64,000 nucleotides of DNA from an uncultured Planctomycetia bacterium (GCA_964437495.1 CAYTGV010000005.1:759-64758); one strand, 5' to 3'; counted from the first letter of the stretch, positions 28,524-41,675 are shown. The notes: a model not told the origin generated them from the sequence alone. Numbers and translations: made by a program.

Positions 28524-30629
28524 TTATTTAAATAGACTGTTCGCAACGACAAATGATGCAAAAACTATTGAAACCATTGACATAAGTTTAATAAGAATAT
28601 TGATTGATGGCCCCGACGTATCCTTAAACGGATCGCCGACTGTATCGCCGACAACAGCAGCTTTATGAGCATTGCTACCTTTTCCGCCAAAGTTACCTGC
28701 TTCAATGTATTTTTTCGCATTATCCCATGCGCCGCCTGAATTTGCCATCATCACAGCAAGCACAAATCCGCATACAGTTCCGCCAACAAGCAGACCAACA
28801 ACAGCTTCAACTCCCATCAAAAGACCTACACCGATTGGTGTTACAATTGCAAGTATAGAAGGAAGAATCATCTCTTTCTGTGCCCCAATAGTGGCAATAT
28901 CCACACAAGAGGCATAATCAGCCTTGGCCTTTCCTTCCATTAAACCTTTGATCTCCTTAAACTGTCTTCTTACTTCAAGAACAATTTGCCCAGCAACATT
29001 GCCAACTGCTTTCATTGTTAAAGCAGAGAAAAGAAACGGCATCATACCTCCGATAAAAAGCCCAACAAGAACTCTAGGATTAGTAAGGTCAAGATCCAGT
29101 GTTTTTCCCAGCATTTGCAATTCTTGTTTATAAGCAACTATTAAAGCCAATGCTGTTAATGCAGCCGATCCTATAGCAAATCCTTTTCCTGTAGCTGCTG
29201 TTGTATTTCCTAAAGAATCCAGGGCATCAGTACGTTTTCTTACCTCAGGCCCAAGCCCAGCCATTTCAGCATTTCCACCCGCATTATCAGCAACAGGCCC
29301 ATAGGCATCTGTAGCCAATGTGATACCTAAAGTACTAAGCATTCCTACTGCAGAAATACCAATACCATAAAGACCTAAGCTATAATCTCTAGCCCCTCCT
29401 GCCAGGTAAAAACTGGCAAGAATGGATCCTCCAACAACTACTACCGGGATAGCAGTAGATAGCATCCCAACAGACATTCCGGCAATAATAACAGTCGCCG
29501 GACCGGTTTTGGTACTTGCGGCGATTTCGCGAGTAGGAGAATATTCAGTTGATGTAAAATATTCTGTGCAAAGACCGATAATTATTCCAGCAACAAGCCC
29601 TGAGATAATTGCCCAGTAAATTCCTATATTTTCCATTCCAAGAACTGTTTTAACCAAGAAATAACCTGAAATAGCAACAAGAGCAGCACTCATAAACACC
29701 CCTCTGCGCAGAGCTTTTAAAAGCACGCTCTGACTTGCCTCTTCTGTGCTATGAACAAAAAATGTTCCAATAATAGAAGCAATAACACCCAAGGTTGCCA
29801 TGACCAAAGGAACCGTAATCCCTTTTATGCCCAATCCAGCAGCCGCAGCAAGCGCCATTGTCGCTACTATCGATCCAACATAAGATTCATAAAGATCAGC
29901 ACCCATACCAGCTACATCACCTACATTATCACCCACATTATCAGCAATTACAGCAGGATTACGCGGATCATCTTCAGGAATGCCTGCTTCTACCTTACCT
30001 ACAAGATCAGCCCCAACATCAGCACCTTTAGTAAATATACCTCCACCTACTCTGGCAAATAGTGCCATAGAGCTTGCGCCCATACCAAAAGTAAGCATTG
30101 TGGAAGTAATTGCTCCGATCTTATCCAAGCCATGCGGAAGAGCATTAGATGAATAATACCAGTTCAATATTGAATACCATATACTTAAATCAAGCAGGCC
30201 TAAGCCGACAACAACAAGCCCCATAACCGCGCCGCTTGAAAAAGCCACTCTGAGGCCGCTATTGAGACTTTTTATACAGGCATTTGCTGTACGCGAACTT
30301 GCTCTTGTTGCGATCATCATTCCGATAAATCCTGACAATCCTGAAAAGAACCCACCACTTAAGAAAGCAAACGGAACAAAAATTGCAAGATATTTCTTCC
30401 AGACAAGATAGGACAGAACAAAAAATACAACGGTAAAAAATACTCCGACAATCGCATATTGTCTTTTAAGATAAGCAGCTGCGCCTTCTTTTACTGCATT
30501 TGCGATTTCACGCATTTTCTCATTGCCTTCATCCTGCTTCATAATAAAGGCGGTCAAGAACCCGGCAAAAACAAGCGCCGCAGTTGAACCAAAAAAGGTA
30601 AACATTACTAATACAAAATCACTCATCAA
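28524..30629 (-). CDS. hppA: Membrane-bound pyrophosphatase, K+-dependent type (probably Na+-translocating)
   Basis: [26 protein letters not shown] (Ala variant = K+-dependent), [10 protein letters not shown]. Confidence 0.95.
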   Translation of the reverse strand: MMSDFVLVMFTFFGSTAALVFAGFLTAFIMKQDEGNEKMREIANAVKEGAAAYLKRQYAIVGVFFTVVFFVLSYLVWKKYLAIFVPFAFLSGGFFSGLSGFIGMMIATRASSRTANACIKSLNSGLRVAFSSGAVMGLVVVGLGLLDLSIWYSILNWYYSSNALPHGLDKIGAITSTMLTFGMGASSMALFARVGGGIFTKGADVGADLVGKVEAGIPEDDPRNPAVIADNVGDNVGDVAGMGADLYESYVGSIVATMALAAAAGLGIKGITVPLVMATLGVIASIIGTFFVHSTEEASQSVLLKALRRGVFMSAALVAISGYFLVKTVLGMENIGIYWAIISGLVAGIIIGLCTEYFTSTEYSPTREIAASTKTGPATVIIAGMSVGMLSTAIPVVVVGGSILASFYLAGGARDYSLGLYGIGISAVGMLSTLGITLATDAYGPVADNAGGNAEMAGLGPEVRKRTDALDSLGNTTAATGKGFAIGSAALTALALIVAYKQELQMLGKTLDLDLTNPRVLVGLFIGGMMPFLFSALTMKAVGNVAGQIVLEVRRQFKEIKGLMEGKAKADYASCVDIATIGAQKEMILPSILAIVTPIGVGLLMGVEAVVGLLVGGTVCGFVLAVMMANSGGAWDNAKKYIEAGNFGGKGSNAHKAAVVGDTVGDPFKDTSGPSINILIKLMSMVSIVFASFVVANSLFK

Positions 30630-30818
30630 ATCCTCCCATTTCTACTAAAATTAACTACTTGCTTATGTGTTTCCGAAAATTAAGAACATTCTACTATAAC
30701 AGAAAAAAAAAGCAAGGAGTAAGTTTAGAAATTTCCAGAAGCATTGCACCGCAGGACATAATACAATAAAAATAATTGGGTTAGAATTACTCTTTAGAAA
30801 AACTAAAGATCAGAAGAA

Positions 30819-31169
30819 CTATATCTTATTTTTCTTAGCAGGGATACTCAGCTTCAGCATCTTTGAATCATTAAAATCACTTTTTATTATTAAATGACGC
30901 ATACCATCTTTATCTTTTTTTACTGTTCCTGAGCCAAAAATCTTTTCCACGTCTTTTGATTTATTTTTCCATTTTCGCCTGAAGGCCATCCAATTATTAT
31001 CGAGTTCCTTTATTAAATCAAATAATTTTCTCTCGCTAAGATTTATTTCATTAGGATCATCTGGATATCTGCCTACAAGTTCATGCATTTCACTCAGATA
31101 TGAGTCAAACACATCCTCTTCCCAAATCTCTTTTTCCATATTATTTTTTATAATTCTATTTTCCATCAA
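30819..31169 (-). CDS. Hypothetical protein
   Basis: 116-aa ORF with GGGAGAG RBS. Confidence 0.55.
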   Translation of the reverse strand: MMENRIIKNNMEKEIWEEDVFDSYLSEMHELVGRYPDDPNEINLSERKLFDLIKELDNNWMAFRRKWKNKSKDVEKIFGSGTVKKDKDGMRHLIIKSDFNDSKMLKLSIPAKKNKI

Positions 31170-31398
31170 TTTCTCTCCCTACTACAAGTTTAATGATTTT
31201 TTCAATGATTGTCAAATAAAATATAGCTTAATTCCACTCACTTTTACGTGTAACTAAAGAATTTATCTAACTTTTCTCACGATATGTTCCCTAAAAAAAA
31301 TAATCAAAAAAAATTAATTAAACGTAACTCTTTATTTTACAATTAGTTAGAATTGAAATTTATGAGCAATCAGGCAAAACACTAATAAAAATATCCGC

Positions 31399-31623
31399 CT
31401 ATTCTGGGGGATTTTCATTTAAAGTTTTAAGTAATTTTTCAATATTACTGTTTAAAGTAAAAATATTAACATTAAGCGATTTTAACGTTTCTGTTTGCCT
31501 TCTGCTCAACTCTGCCAGCAAGGCCTTCTCAATCGAAGTCTCTACAGTACGTGCAATTGAATCAATAATTTCCCGATCAGAGAGAGAACTTAACTCATTT
31601 AAATTCATAATATTAGGCCTCAT
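31399..31623 (-). CDS. Small coiled-coil hypothetical protein
   Basis: 74-aa ORF with amphipathic helical pattern. Confidence 0.55.
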   Translation of the reverse strand: MRPNIMNLNELSSLSDREIIDSIARTVETSIEKALLAELSRRQTETLKSLNVNIFTLNSNIEKLLKTLNENPPE

Positions 31624-31686
31624 ATCTATTAGATTTAGTTAGTCTATATATCCTGCAATCATCTGCTTGAACTCTTAAGAATATAC

Positions 31687-33012
31687 TTATATATCCATTA
31701 AAAGCTGATTCATGGGCGATTTTTCAAAATTCTCGCCAAATTTCTGAATTTTTTCTGAGATCGCCTGGAGTTCTTTACTTTTTGTGATAGGAATATTATC
31801 CACCCCTTTATTTTCTAGGGCATCAATAACATTTTTTATCGTAAGTGAATGAGGATCTCTGGCCGGTTGAAAAGCAATTTCACGGCTATCCAGAACTTTT
31901 ACCTCACTTATCACACCACCTTGCTCAAGCTCATATAAGATATCTCTCAGAAGACGCACAGGTATTTCCAATATATGAGAAATTTCAATAGCTGTTAATG
32001 GGGACATAGCTTGCGAAAAATTTTTAATGATCAGTTGAGCTGTTCTCAAACTCATTAATCTCTTAAAAGAATAACTCGTATTCAAGCAATCATGCTCAAA
32101 TTCATACATCTCAACATTTTGATGCGCAAATGCTATTTCTGAGCCGAAAAGCATAACCAGCCAGCTGATCTGCATCCAAATCAGGAATAAAGGCAAAGCT
32201 GCAAAACTACCGTAAATCGCATTATACTTTGCCGCTCCAACCTGAAATGCAATATACGCCCATTGAACAACTTGATAGATTGAACCAGCCACAACCCCGG
32301 CCAAAACACCGGATTTAAGATTAACCTTAGTATTAGGCATAAAAACATATATAAAGGTAAACAGCACCCAGATTATGGAATAAGGCAAAAACTTAAGCAG
32401 GAAAAATATCAGAGGGCTCACATATCCTAAAAGAGATATTTTCTCTGTTATAAACGTTATTTGTGTTGTAATAAAAACCGTAAGGCCGCTGGATACGATT
32501 ATAAGCACCGGACAAATCAGTAATACTGACAAATAGTCAGTTAATTTTCTTGATATCTTGCGAGTTTCTTTTATGCCCCAAATATCATTGAAAGATTTTT
32601 CAATATTTCCCAAGACCTTTATTACTGTCCAGAATAAAACCGCGATACCAACTCCGGCCACTACCCCGCCTTTTGTATTCTCAAGCAGGGTATAGGCAAA
32701 GTCAATCACCTGCTTAAGCACTGCCTCTTGTCCGGGTAATTTTTCCATTATCTGGGTCTGTAAAAGCTTTTCAAAACCAAAACCCTTTGCTATCCCAAAT
32801 GCCATTGCAAAAACAGGCACTATAGACAATAAGGAATAGTATGTCAAAGCAGATGCCCTAAGCTGGCATTTATCTTCATTAAACCCACGAAATGAAAGCA
32901 GAAATACTCTCAAGGGCTTGATAATTAAATACTTTTTCTTGGGGATATCCTTAAGACGGATTCGCCAAATATCGGTTTTTATAAAATTGATCAATTTATG
33001 TAGCATGGTCAC
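31687..33012 (-). CDS. YihY/BrkB family membrane protein with C-terminal HTH-like extension
   Basis: ASALTYYSLLSIVP, FNDIW, YNAIYGSFAALPLFLIW. Confidence 0.92.
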   Translation of the reverse strand: MTMLHKLINFIKTDIWRIRLKDIPKKKYLIIKPLRVFLLSFRGFNEDKCQLRASALTYYSLLSIVPVFAMAFGIAKGFGFEKLLQTQIMEKLPGQEAVLKQVIDFAYTLLENTKGGVVAGVGIAVLFWTVIKVLGNIEKSFNDIWGIKETRKISRKLTDYLSVLLICPVLIIVSSGLTVFITTQITFITEKISLLGYVSPLIFFLLKFLPYSIIWVLFTFIYVFMPNTKVNLKSGVLAGVVAGSIYQVVQWAYIAFQVGAAKYNAIYGSFAALPLFLIWMQISWLVMLFGSEIAFAHQNVEMYEFEHDCLNTSYSFKRLMSLRTAQLIIKNFSQAMSPLTAIEISHILEIPVRLLRDILYELEQGGVISEVKVLDSREIAFQPARDPHSLTIKNVIDALENKGVDNIPITKSKELQAISEKIQKFGENFEKSPMNQLLMDI

Positions 33013-33092
33013 CTCACTCTGATTAAGTTACTATTTATTAAAATAAGTCTAAAGCTTACTGTTTATAATACATTCACCAAAGGGTTAGGTCA

Positions 33093-33132
33093 ATCAAAAA
33101 AGGGATAGCTTGAAAACTACCCCTTTTTTGAT
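33093..33132. terminator. Bidirectional intrinsic terminator
   Basis: ATCAAAAAAGGGATAG...CTACCCCTTTTTTGAT. Confidence 0.65.
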
Positions 33133-33179
33133 ATCATAAATACTTTAAACTAACAGGCAAATAGCCGTTTAGCTTATCG

Positions 33180-33465
33180 CTACAGAAAAAAGCTTTAGAA
33201 CTACTCGTTCTCCGCTCCTAACCATCATATTTTTAAAGGATGTCTATCAACAGCCTTCTTCAACTGCTTATCATCGTACCCCAGATAAAACCTGGCAGTA
33301 GTAGAAATATCAGCATGCCCAGCCAATAGCTGGATATCTCTGAGATTAACCCCACCACGGCATTAACGTACAAAATGTATACTTAAGCATCTGTGGGGTC
33401 TCACACACCGTATATCTTTAAATAAACCATATAAGCCTTGCTCTGTCAATGCTGAAGTTTTCGGT
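33180..33465 (-). pseudogene. Tyrosine recombinase/integrase C-terminal remnant
   Basis: Hand translation: TPQMLKYTFCTLM [frameshift] RGGVNLRDIQLLAGHADISTTARFY; box II recognisable, HxxR degraded. Confidence 0.8.
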
Positions 33466-33472
33466 TACAAGA

Positions 33473-33672
33473 AAAGGTGGTTGATGAATTTTCAAGCGAA
33501 TTTACACTATTTTAGTTAAGGATGCTATTATTTTGAGGGAACCCACAGGGCGCGAGGACTGTCTGATCCCGCTGCATTTAGGCGGGAGAGTTCCGCAGCG
33601 CCAAAAATCATAGCATAGTTAACGGCCCTGCAAGGGAAAATAGTGTTGAGCGTAAAATTTAGCAAGCACCTT
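33473..33672. repeat. Long nested hairpin element, family B copy 2
   Basis: Nested pairings (AGGTG/CACCT, ACACTATTTT/AAAATAGTGT, ATGCTAT/ATAGCAT) around GAGGACTGTCTGA-hairpin-GAGTTCCGCAGC. Confidence 0.65.
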
Positions 33673-33718
33673 ACAACAAGCCGCTAAACATGCTATAAGC
33701 TACTTAGTAGATATGAAT

Positions 33719-33748
33719 CCTCCTTCGCCAAAGGCTTCGGAGGACAGG
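33719..33748. repeat. REP-like palindrome CCTCCTTCGCCAAAGGCTTCGGAGGACAGG
   Basis: Same family as the copies at 59476-59580. Confidence 0.7.
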
Positions 33749-33935
33749 TCCTCCGTATTTTTTACCTAAAGCCGACCAATATATTATAATATCTCAGGTC
33801 ACGAAGTGACACCTTTTTAGGGGGTACAGATTTTTAAAGAAGAGGGGGATATAACTCCCCTTCTTCTTTGACTAAGAATTCTTCCCTTTGGAAGGGGGTG
33901 AACCCAATAGGGGGAAACCTCGTTTCCCCTAATGG

Positions 33936-33970
33936 AAAAAGGCTCTCAGAAAACTGAGAGCCTTTTATTT
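33936..33970 (-). terminator. Terminator downstream of tRNA-Met
   Basis: AAAAAGGCTCTCAG-AAAA-CTGAGAGCCTTTT. Confidence 0.8.
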
Positions 33971-33971
33971 T

Positions 33972-34048
33972 TGGTGACGGCGGTTGGAGTTGAACCAACG
34001 ACATAACGGGTATGAGCCGTCCTCTCTACCAGACTGAGATACGCCGTC
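33972..34048 (-). tRNA. tRNA-Met(CAT), elongator type
   Basis: Cloverleaf GACGGCG/CGCCGTC-ACCA, anticodon arm GACGG CTCATAC CCGTT. Confidence 0.92.
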
Positions 34049-34240
34049 ACTTTAGAAGTTAAAAGTAAAAAGGTAAAAGTAAAAAGTCAAAAGCATTAAA
34101 ACTATTTTTAAAAACTCTCTGTCTCAACCACTTCTGGCTAATAGAAGTTTATCCTATACCGAGCAAATTTCGTGAGCTCTGGTACGGGACCGTCACTTTA
34201 GAAGTTAAAAGTAAAAAGTCAAAAGTAAAAAGTTGTAAGC
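34044..34240. repeat. 29-bp direct duplication of the tRNA-Met 5' end/leader plus heptamer repeats
   Basis: CCGTCACTTTAGAAGTTAAAAGTAAAAAG at 34044-34072 and 34190-34218. Confidence 0.8.
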
Positions 34241-34267
34241 TAAAAACCAATATTTTTAACTAACACT

Positions 34268-34401
34268 ACAAGAGATGTGAAAATTATTTTAACGGATTTT
34301 ATTTACTGATTTTTCAAGGATATTAAAAAATAAGTAAATACCTCACAGATAGACATGAATGTCTATCGAGAATGAGTTGAAATAGTTTTTACAGATCTTG
34401 T
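34268..34401 (+). repeat. Structured ~130-nt element, family A copy 2
   Basis: Homologous to 6849-6977 and 55024-55155. Confidence 0.8.
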
Positions 34402-34531
34402 CAAAGAACATCATCTATAATATCCGCCTAAAACATACATGTCCTATGTATAACAGCGAGATTATTTAATCCTAAAATAAAAAATCTGTCCATTTATTCT
34501 AAGACAGTTTATTAGAAAAATCAAGCAGGTT

Positions 34532-35509
34532 TTAGGCTAAATCTACTTTTTCCAAAGCCATACCTACTAGTTCATTAAGTAGCTCCATAAGCTTTTCAGA
34601 GAATCTATTCGGCTGCTTTGCCGTTCCCACACTGATAACGCCGAGTATTTCATGATGATGAAAAACCGGGATAACAAACGCAGATTTAATTTTCGGTTTA
34701 TGCATCCGCAGGCGAAGTTCACGATCTGATAACTCTTCGTTAATAAAAAGTCCCTTTTTCTTCTGTATGGCTGAGCCGGCAAGACCTTCTCCGGGTTTTA
34801 TCTTGGTATTATTGATAATATCCTCACTTAGGCCTGTTGCGTCTTTAATAGAAAGTTCCTGAGTGCTTTTCTCAAATAACATCATTGAGCCGCGCTCTGC
34901 ATCGCAAAGCTTCATCGCCAGCTCAAGAAATGTCTTCAGCAACATACCAACCTGCTCTTTGCTAAATAATACCTTTTCCTTTTCACCAGAAGTTGTCAGA
35001 GCGCCCAGAGTCTTCATGAATTTAGTTATACCTGTAGAGAAATCAACTACGCTCTCAAGCTTTGCAGCACTCACTGCCGGCAGCTCATTAAAACAGTTGA
35101 AAAACTTCTCCTCATCAACTCCTGAATCCTGTATACGCTGTGTAAATTTAATATCCTTTTTCCCGTCTTTAAAAACAACCGGTCCCAAAATCAGGAAAAC
35201 AGGCTCAGCATTATCAAGAATTATCGGCACAGAAAAGTTCGCAAGCCCCAAAGGACATATATTTTCATAATATTTTTTAGGCTCTTGTTTTTTAAGAAAT
35301 GCGGCAAGCTTTGGATACCACTGAATGCATTTTTCACTTGCGGTATCCGAGGAAGCAACAGCCTCACTGCAGACTGATGGCATATTTGAGGGGCGTACAA
35401 CTTTCTCTCCTTGAACATCAATTGTGCGGATACCCATCCCCACGATTGAAGATAAAGTATCTTGTACATTCTGCCAGTGATTGTCGCCAATTATTTCGCT
35501 GAATTTCAT
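34532..35509 (-). CDS. PocR sensor + GAF domain protein, no output domain
   Basis: WQNVQDTLS..VGM, CPLGLANFSVPI..GPV (PocR); AERGSMML, GEGLAG, IPV....ILGVISV (GAF). Confidence 0.8.
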   Translation of the reverse strand: MKFSEIIGDNHWQNVQDTLSSIVGMGIRTIDVQGEKVVRPSNMPSVCSEAVASSDTASEKCIQWYPKLAAFLKKQEPKKYYENICPLGLANFSVPIILDNAEPVFLILGPVVFKDGKKDIKFTQRIQDSGVDEEKFFNCFNELPAVSAAKLESVVDFSTGITKFMKTLGALTTSGEKEKVLFSKEQVGMLLKTFLELAMKLCDAERGSMMLFEKSTQELSIKDATGLSEDIINNTKIKPGEGLAGSAIQKKKGLFINEELSDRELRLRMHKPKIKSAFVIPVFHHHEILGVISVGTAKQPNRFSEKLMELLNELVGMALEKVDLA

Positions 35510-35522
35510 GAGATTAAAAGAT

Positions 35523-35599
<77 letters not shown>

Positions 35600-35623
35600 A
35601 TATATCATTAAGTTTCCGAATTA

Positions 35624-35977
35624 TTAAACTGTCTTTTCTTCTGTTTTATCTTCTGAGCGGCTCAAGAATTCATTCATCTTTTCTTCAAGATGAGAAAATT
35701 TAAACTCTTTTACCCGTGGCTCAGGTGCTACAATCTTTTTCTTATTTCTTAACGTGAGATCTATCTTACCATCATTTGCGATCTTCTTCACGCGAGCTTT
35801 CAGCTTATCTCCAGCTTTCAAATAGCTATTGATGTCCTTAACAAAATCATCAGAAACCTGCGATATATGAATCAATCCGCGCTTTCCATCAGGTAAAGTA
35901 ACAATAGCCCCAAAACTATGTATTTTAACTACCTGGACATCTACTAAATCGTTTATTTTTAATCCGCTTTCTTGCAT
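35624..35977 (-). CDS. S1 RNA-binding domain protein (YabR/YugI-like)
   Basis: FGAIV..GLIHISQVSD.FVKDI...KIDLT. Confidence 0.9.
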   Translation of the reverse strand: MQESGLKINDLVDVQVVKIHSFGAIVTLPDGKRGLIHISQVSDDFVKDINSYLKAGDKLKARVKKIANDGKIDLTLRNKKKIVAPEPRVKEFKFSHLEEKMNEFLSRSEDKTEEKTV

Positions 35978-35983
35978 AAAATC

Positions 35984-36253
35984 TCATTCATTCTCATTTA
36001 CAACTCTAAACACTATTTCATTCTCCCGAGCCACTTTAAGTTTTTCTCGGGCAACCTCTTCAATATAAACAGGGTCATCTTTAAGCATTCGATTTTCCTG
36101 TGACAATCTTTCGTTCTCTATATTCAGTCGTTCGACTTTTTCTAAAAGAGCCTTATCCTTAGCTTTAAGTTTCTGTACTTTTGAATAAGTAGGGAAAAAC
36201 ACTATTGCCATTAAGACCAGCCAAGCCAGGGTTTTTCCAATCGAAAATTTCAT
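35984..36253 (-). CDS. ftsB: Septum formation initiator FtsB/DivIC
   Basis: TM + coiled coil + YIEEVAREKL..ENEIVF; follows eno. Confidence 0.85.
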   Translation of the reverse strand: MKFSIGKTLAWLVLMAIVFFPTYSKVQKLKAKDKALLEKVERLNIENERLSQENRMLKDDPVYIEEVAREKLKVARENEIVFRVVNENE

Positions 36254-36263
36254 AATTAATATC

Positions 36264-38503
<2,240 letters not shown>

Positions 38504-38535
38504 CTAAACTTTTAAAAAGTCAACTACTAAATTGG

Positions 38536-39957
38536 CTAACAGGTAGTAAATTTATTTATAAGCTCTTTCAAATAAAGAATATTCTTTTTAGAAGTTGCTT
38601 CAAAATAACATCTTATCACCGGTTCAGTACCTGAAGGACGAAACATAACCCAACAATCATCATTGAGCATAAACTTGTATCCATCCCTAAGATTTTTACT
38701 AATAATCTTGAAAGCACCAAACTTATTTTTTTTCAAAAGAGCTTCTATACGTGACATCAATATATCTTTTTGGCTTTGGCTAAGATGTAAATTTAATCTA
38801 TCAGAAACAAAGTAGCCGTACTTTTTATGCAAAGATGATAAAATCTCACGCAATGACTTTTTTTCCCTGGCAACCATTTCAACCGCAAGCAAACAGGCAA
38901 GGATCCCGTCTTTTTCAGGTATATGCCCCTGTATAGACAATCCGCCTGATTCTTCGCCTCCGATCATACAATCCCCCATATTTAAAGCCTCGCCAATATA
39001 TTTAAAACCTATGGGGGTTTCAATAACTTCTATGCCTTCTTTAACAGCAATGGCATCAATCATATGTGTTGTAGAAAGAGTCCTGGCAACTTTTTTGGCC
39101 TTAGGTCTTGTTTTAAGCAGATAATAAAACAATAGTGTAATCACTTCATTAGGAGAAAGGAAAACACCGCCCTTATCAACAATACCAAACCTATCCGCAT
39201 CTCCATCACAGCCAACGCCTAAATGAAATTTATTGTCTTTTACATGCGCGATCAATTCTTTAATATAAGGCTTGTCCGGCTCAGGAGGCAATCCGCCAAA
39301 AAGAGGGTTTAAATAATCTTTAAAGACTTTGATCTCTTTACAAATATCTTTTAAAATAAAATCAATATAGTCTCTGCTAGTACCGAACATGCAATCGATA
39401 CCTACTTTTAGATCTGCTTTCTTAATACATTCTATATCAATTATTTTCTTTAATCTCTTAATATATCCATTTCTGGGGTCAAACAGCTCAATAAATCCCT
39501 CATCCATTATACCTTTTTTGATTAAATTAGGATTTTTCTGCAGAAAAGAGATCCTCTTTTCAATTGATGCAGTTACATTTTTTGGCGCAGGCCCTCCATA
39601 GCTGGGAGAGAATTTAATCCCATTATATTCCGGAGGATTATGGCTTGCCGTAAAATTTATCCCACCATCAAGACCTTTATCAATAATATGAAACGCGATA
39701 GCCGGAGTAGGAGTATCTCTATCAGCTAAAAATACTTTTATCTTATTTGCCGCTAACACTTCAGCGCAAAGTTTCGCGAAATTCCCAGACAAAAATCGAG
39801 TATCATAGGCAACAACAACCTTTGGAACTTTGCTTGCGCCTTTGAGATGATCCGCGATTGCCTGAGACACCAAACACACGTTTTCAAAAGTAAATGCATC
39901 CGCAATAATAGCCCGCCAACCAGAAGTGCCAAAACGAATTTTTACCGATTTACTCAT
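38536..39957 (-). CDS. Phosphoglucomutase/phosphomannomutase
   Basis: FGTSGWR, TASHNP, DGDADR, GEESGG, RPSGTEP. Confidence 0.95.
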   Translation of the reverse strand: MSKSVKIRFGTSGWRAIIADAFTFENVCLVSQAIADHLKGASKVPKVVVAYDTRFLSGNFAKLCAEVLAANKIKVFLADRDTPTPAIAFHIIDKGLDGGINFTASHNPPEYNGIKFSPSYGGPAPKNVTASIEKRISFLQKNPNLIKKGIMDEGFIELFDPRNGYIKRLKKIIDIECIKKADLKVGIDCMFGTSRDYIDFILKDICKEIKVFKDYLNPLFGGLPPEPDKPYIKELIAHVKDNKFHLGVGCDGDADRFGIVDKGGVFLSPNEVITLLFYYLLKTRPKAKKVARTLSTTHMIDAIAVKEGIEVIETPIGFKYIGEALNMGDCMIGGEESGGLSIQGHIPEKDGILACLLAVEMVAREKKSLREILSSLHKKYGYFVSDRLNLHLSQSQKDILMSRIEALLKKNKFGAFKIISKNLRDGYKFMLNDDCWVMFRPSGTEPVIRCYFEATSKKNILYLKELINKFTTC

Positions 39958-39958
39958 T

Positions 39959-40564
39959 TTATTTTTTAATAACTACCTTTCTTCCTTTAAGAATCAATTT
40001 TCCCTTTACCAATTGATCTATTGCCTTAGGATATAATTTATGCTCAAGAACATGTATCCTTTTTGAAAGCGATTTAAGGCTTTCATTTTCTTTAATATTC
40101 AGAGCAGCTTGAGATATTACCGGCCCTCCATCAAGAATACCGGTCACAAAATGAACTGTAACTCCAGTTGATTTTACCCCGTAAGCCATTGCATCTTTTA
40201 TTGCCTGAGTACCTTTAAATGACGGCAGCAATGCCGGATGGATATTGATAATCTTATTTTTATATTGTCTGATAAAGTAATTGCTTATAATGCGCATAAA
40301 ACCGGCAAGCACTACATAATCAATCTTTTCACCCTTTAACCTTCGTACGATAAATCTATCATAGGATGACCTATCCTTAAACCCGGAAGGATCTACATAT
40401 AAAAAATCAATCCCGGCCTTTTTTGCCCGCACCAAAGCATAAGCATCCACTTTATCGCTAAGGACTAAGGCGATATTCGCTTTAACTTTACCTTTTTTAA
40501 CTGCATTGATTATTGCTTGGAGGTTAGAACCGAAGCCTGATGAGAAAACAGCGAGATTTTTCAT
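39959..40564 (-). CDS. purN: Phosphoribosylglycinamide formyltransferase
   Basis: SG.GSNLQA, LAGFMRI, NIHPALLP. Confidence 0.96.
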   Translation of the reverse strand: MKNLAVFSSGFGSNLQAIINAVKKGKVKANIALVLSDKVDAYALVRAKKAGIDFLYVDPSGFKDRSSYDRFIVRRLKGEKIDYVVLAGFMRIISNYFIRQYKNKIINIHPALLPSFKGTQAIKDAMAYGVKSTGVTVHFVTGILDGGPVISQAALNIKENESLKSLSKRIHVLEHKLYPKAIDQLVKGKLILKGRKVVIKK

Positions 40565-40573
40565 TTAAGGGTT

Positions 40574-40978
40574 TTATTTTGTTCTCTGTCTTTTCTTTTT
40601 TATGTTTTTGGACAAAACGTTACTTATTTTTTCTTTAAATTCCGAATATTCTATAGGTTTATTCAGATAATCGCAAACTCCCAGATCTAAAGCTTCAAGA
40701 TAGGTTTCCCACTCACCATAAGCAGTAATTATAATCACCGGTATATCTATATGCAGCTCCCCTAGTTTCTTCATTAACCCGATCGCAGTATCATCAGGCA
40801 TTTTTAAATCAGCGATAACCAAATTCAACCGCGGCTTTTGCGCGATATCAATCGCTTCACTAACACTCCCCGCCTCATATACTTCAAAATTATCTGCTCG
40901 TAAAAGTTTTGCAAGGTATCTGCGCAAAACCTCATCATCTTCCATTAATAAAATTACATTTTTGCGATTCTCACTCAT
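40574..40978 (-). CDS. Single-domain response regulator
   Basis: EDD, DLKMP, ITAY, KP. Confidence 0.9.
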   Translation of the reverse strand: MSENRKNVILLMEDDEVLRRYLAKLLRADNFEVYEAGSVSEAIDIAQKPRLNLVIADLKMPDDTAIGLMKKLGELHIDIPVIIITAYGEWETYLEALDLGVCDYLNKPIEYSEFKEKISNVLSKNIKKKRQRTK

Positions 40979-40997
40979 GGTATCGCCTCCTTATCAA

Positions 40998-41675
40998 CTA
41001 AATAATTATAACAAATTCACCTTTGGGCTTCTTGTTTTCAAAATGACCTATCGCAGCTTCTACATCCAAACGAAGGATCTCTTCAAACTTTTTAGTCATC
41101 TCACGAGCTATAACAATTTTACAATTCCCAAAAACTTCTTTAATTGCCAAAAGCGTCTTAATTAGCCTATGTGGTGATTCATATATTACCACTGTTTTTG
41201 CTTCAGATTTTAACTGTAACAATGTTTTTTTTCTTGCCCCGGATTTAACAGGTAAAAACCCCACATAAGTAAATTTATAAATTGGCAATCCGGAAACCGT
41301 TAAAGCCGTAAGCATCGCTGATGCCCCTGGGATAGCTTCTACTCTTATCCCTTCATCAATAGCCTTTTTAATTAAGCTTGCCCCAGGATCGGATATGCCG
41401 GGAGTTCCCGCATCAGAAACCAATGCAATACTTTTACCTGCCTTCAAAGAGCGAATTATCAAGTCTATCCGTTTTAATTTATTATATTCAAAATAACTCA
41501 ATAACGGTTTTTTAATTTCATATCTATTAAGTAAAATCTTAGTGTGTCGTGTATCCTCACAAGCAATAATGTCCACAGCCGATAATACATCTATAGCCCT
41601 AAGTGTAATATCCCTCAGATTTCCTATTGGGGTAGAAACTATATATAAAACTCCAGAATTTATATTATATAACAT
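40998..41675 (-). CDS. rsmI: 16S rRNA C1402 2'-O-methyltransferase
   Basis: TPIGNL.DIT.RA, CEDTR, SDAGTPGISDPG, YESPHR. Confidence 0.96.
   Translation of the reverse strand: MLYNINSGVLYIVSTPIGNLRDITLRAIDVLSAVDIIACEDTRHTKILLNRYEIKKPLLSYFEYNKLKRIDLIIRSLKAGKSIALVSDAGTPGISDPGASLIKKAIDEGIRVEAIPGASAMLTALTVSGLPIYKFTYVGFLPVKSGARKKTLLQLKSEAKTVVIYESPHRLIKTLLAIKEVFGNCKIVIAREMTKKFEEILRLDVEAAIGHFENKKPKGEFVIII

Noticed and set aside
30630-33970. Intact genomic island bounded by att sites at tRNA-Met
   Set aside because: No duplicate of the tRNA 3' end found and the integrase is a fragment.
34050-34240. Possible CRISPR array
   Set aside because: Only two 29-bp copies plus 7-mer tracts, no regular spacers, and no cas genes in the window.
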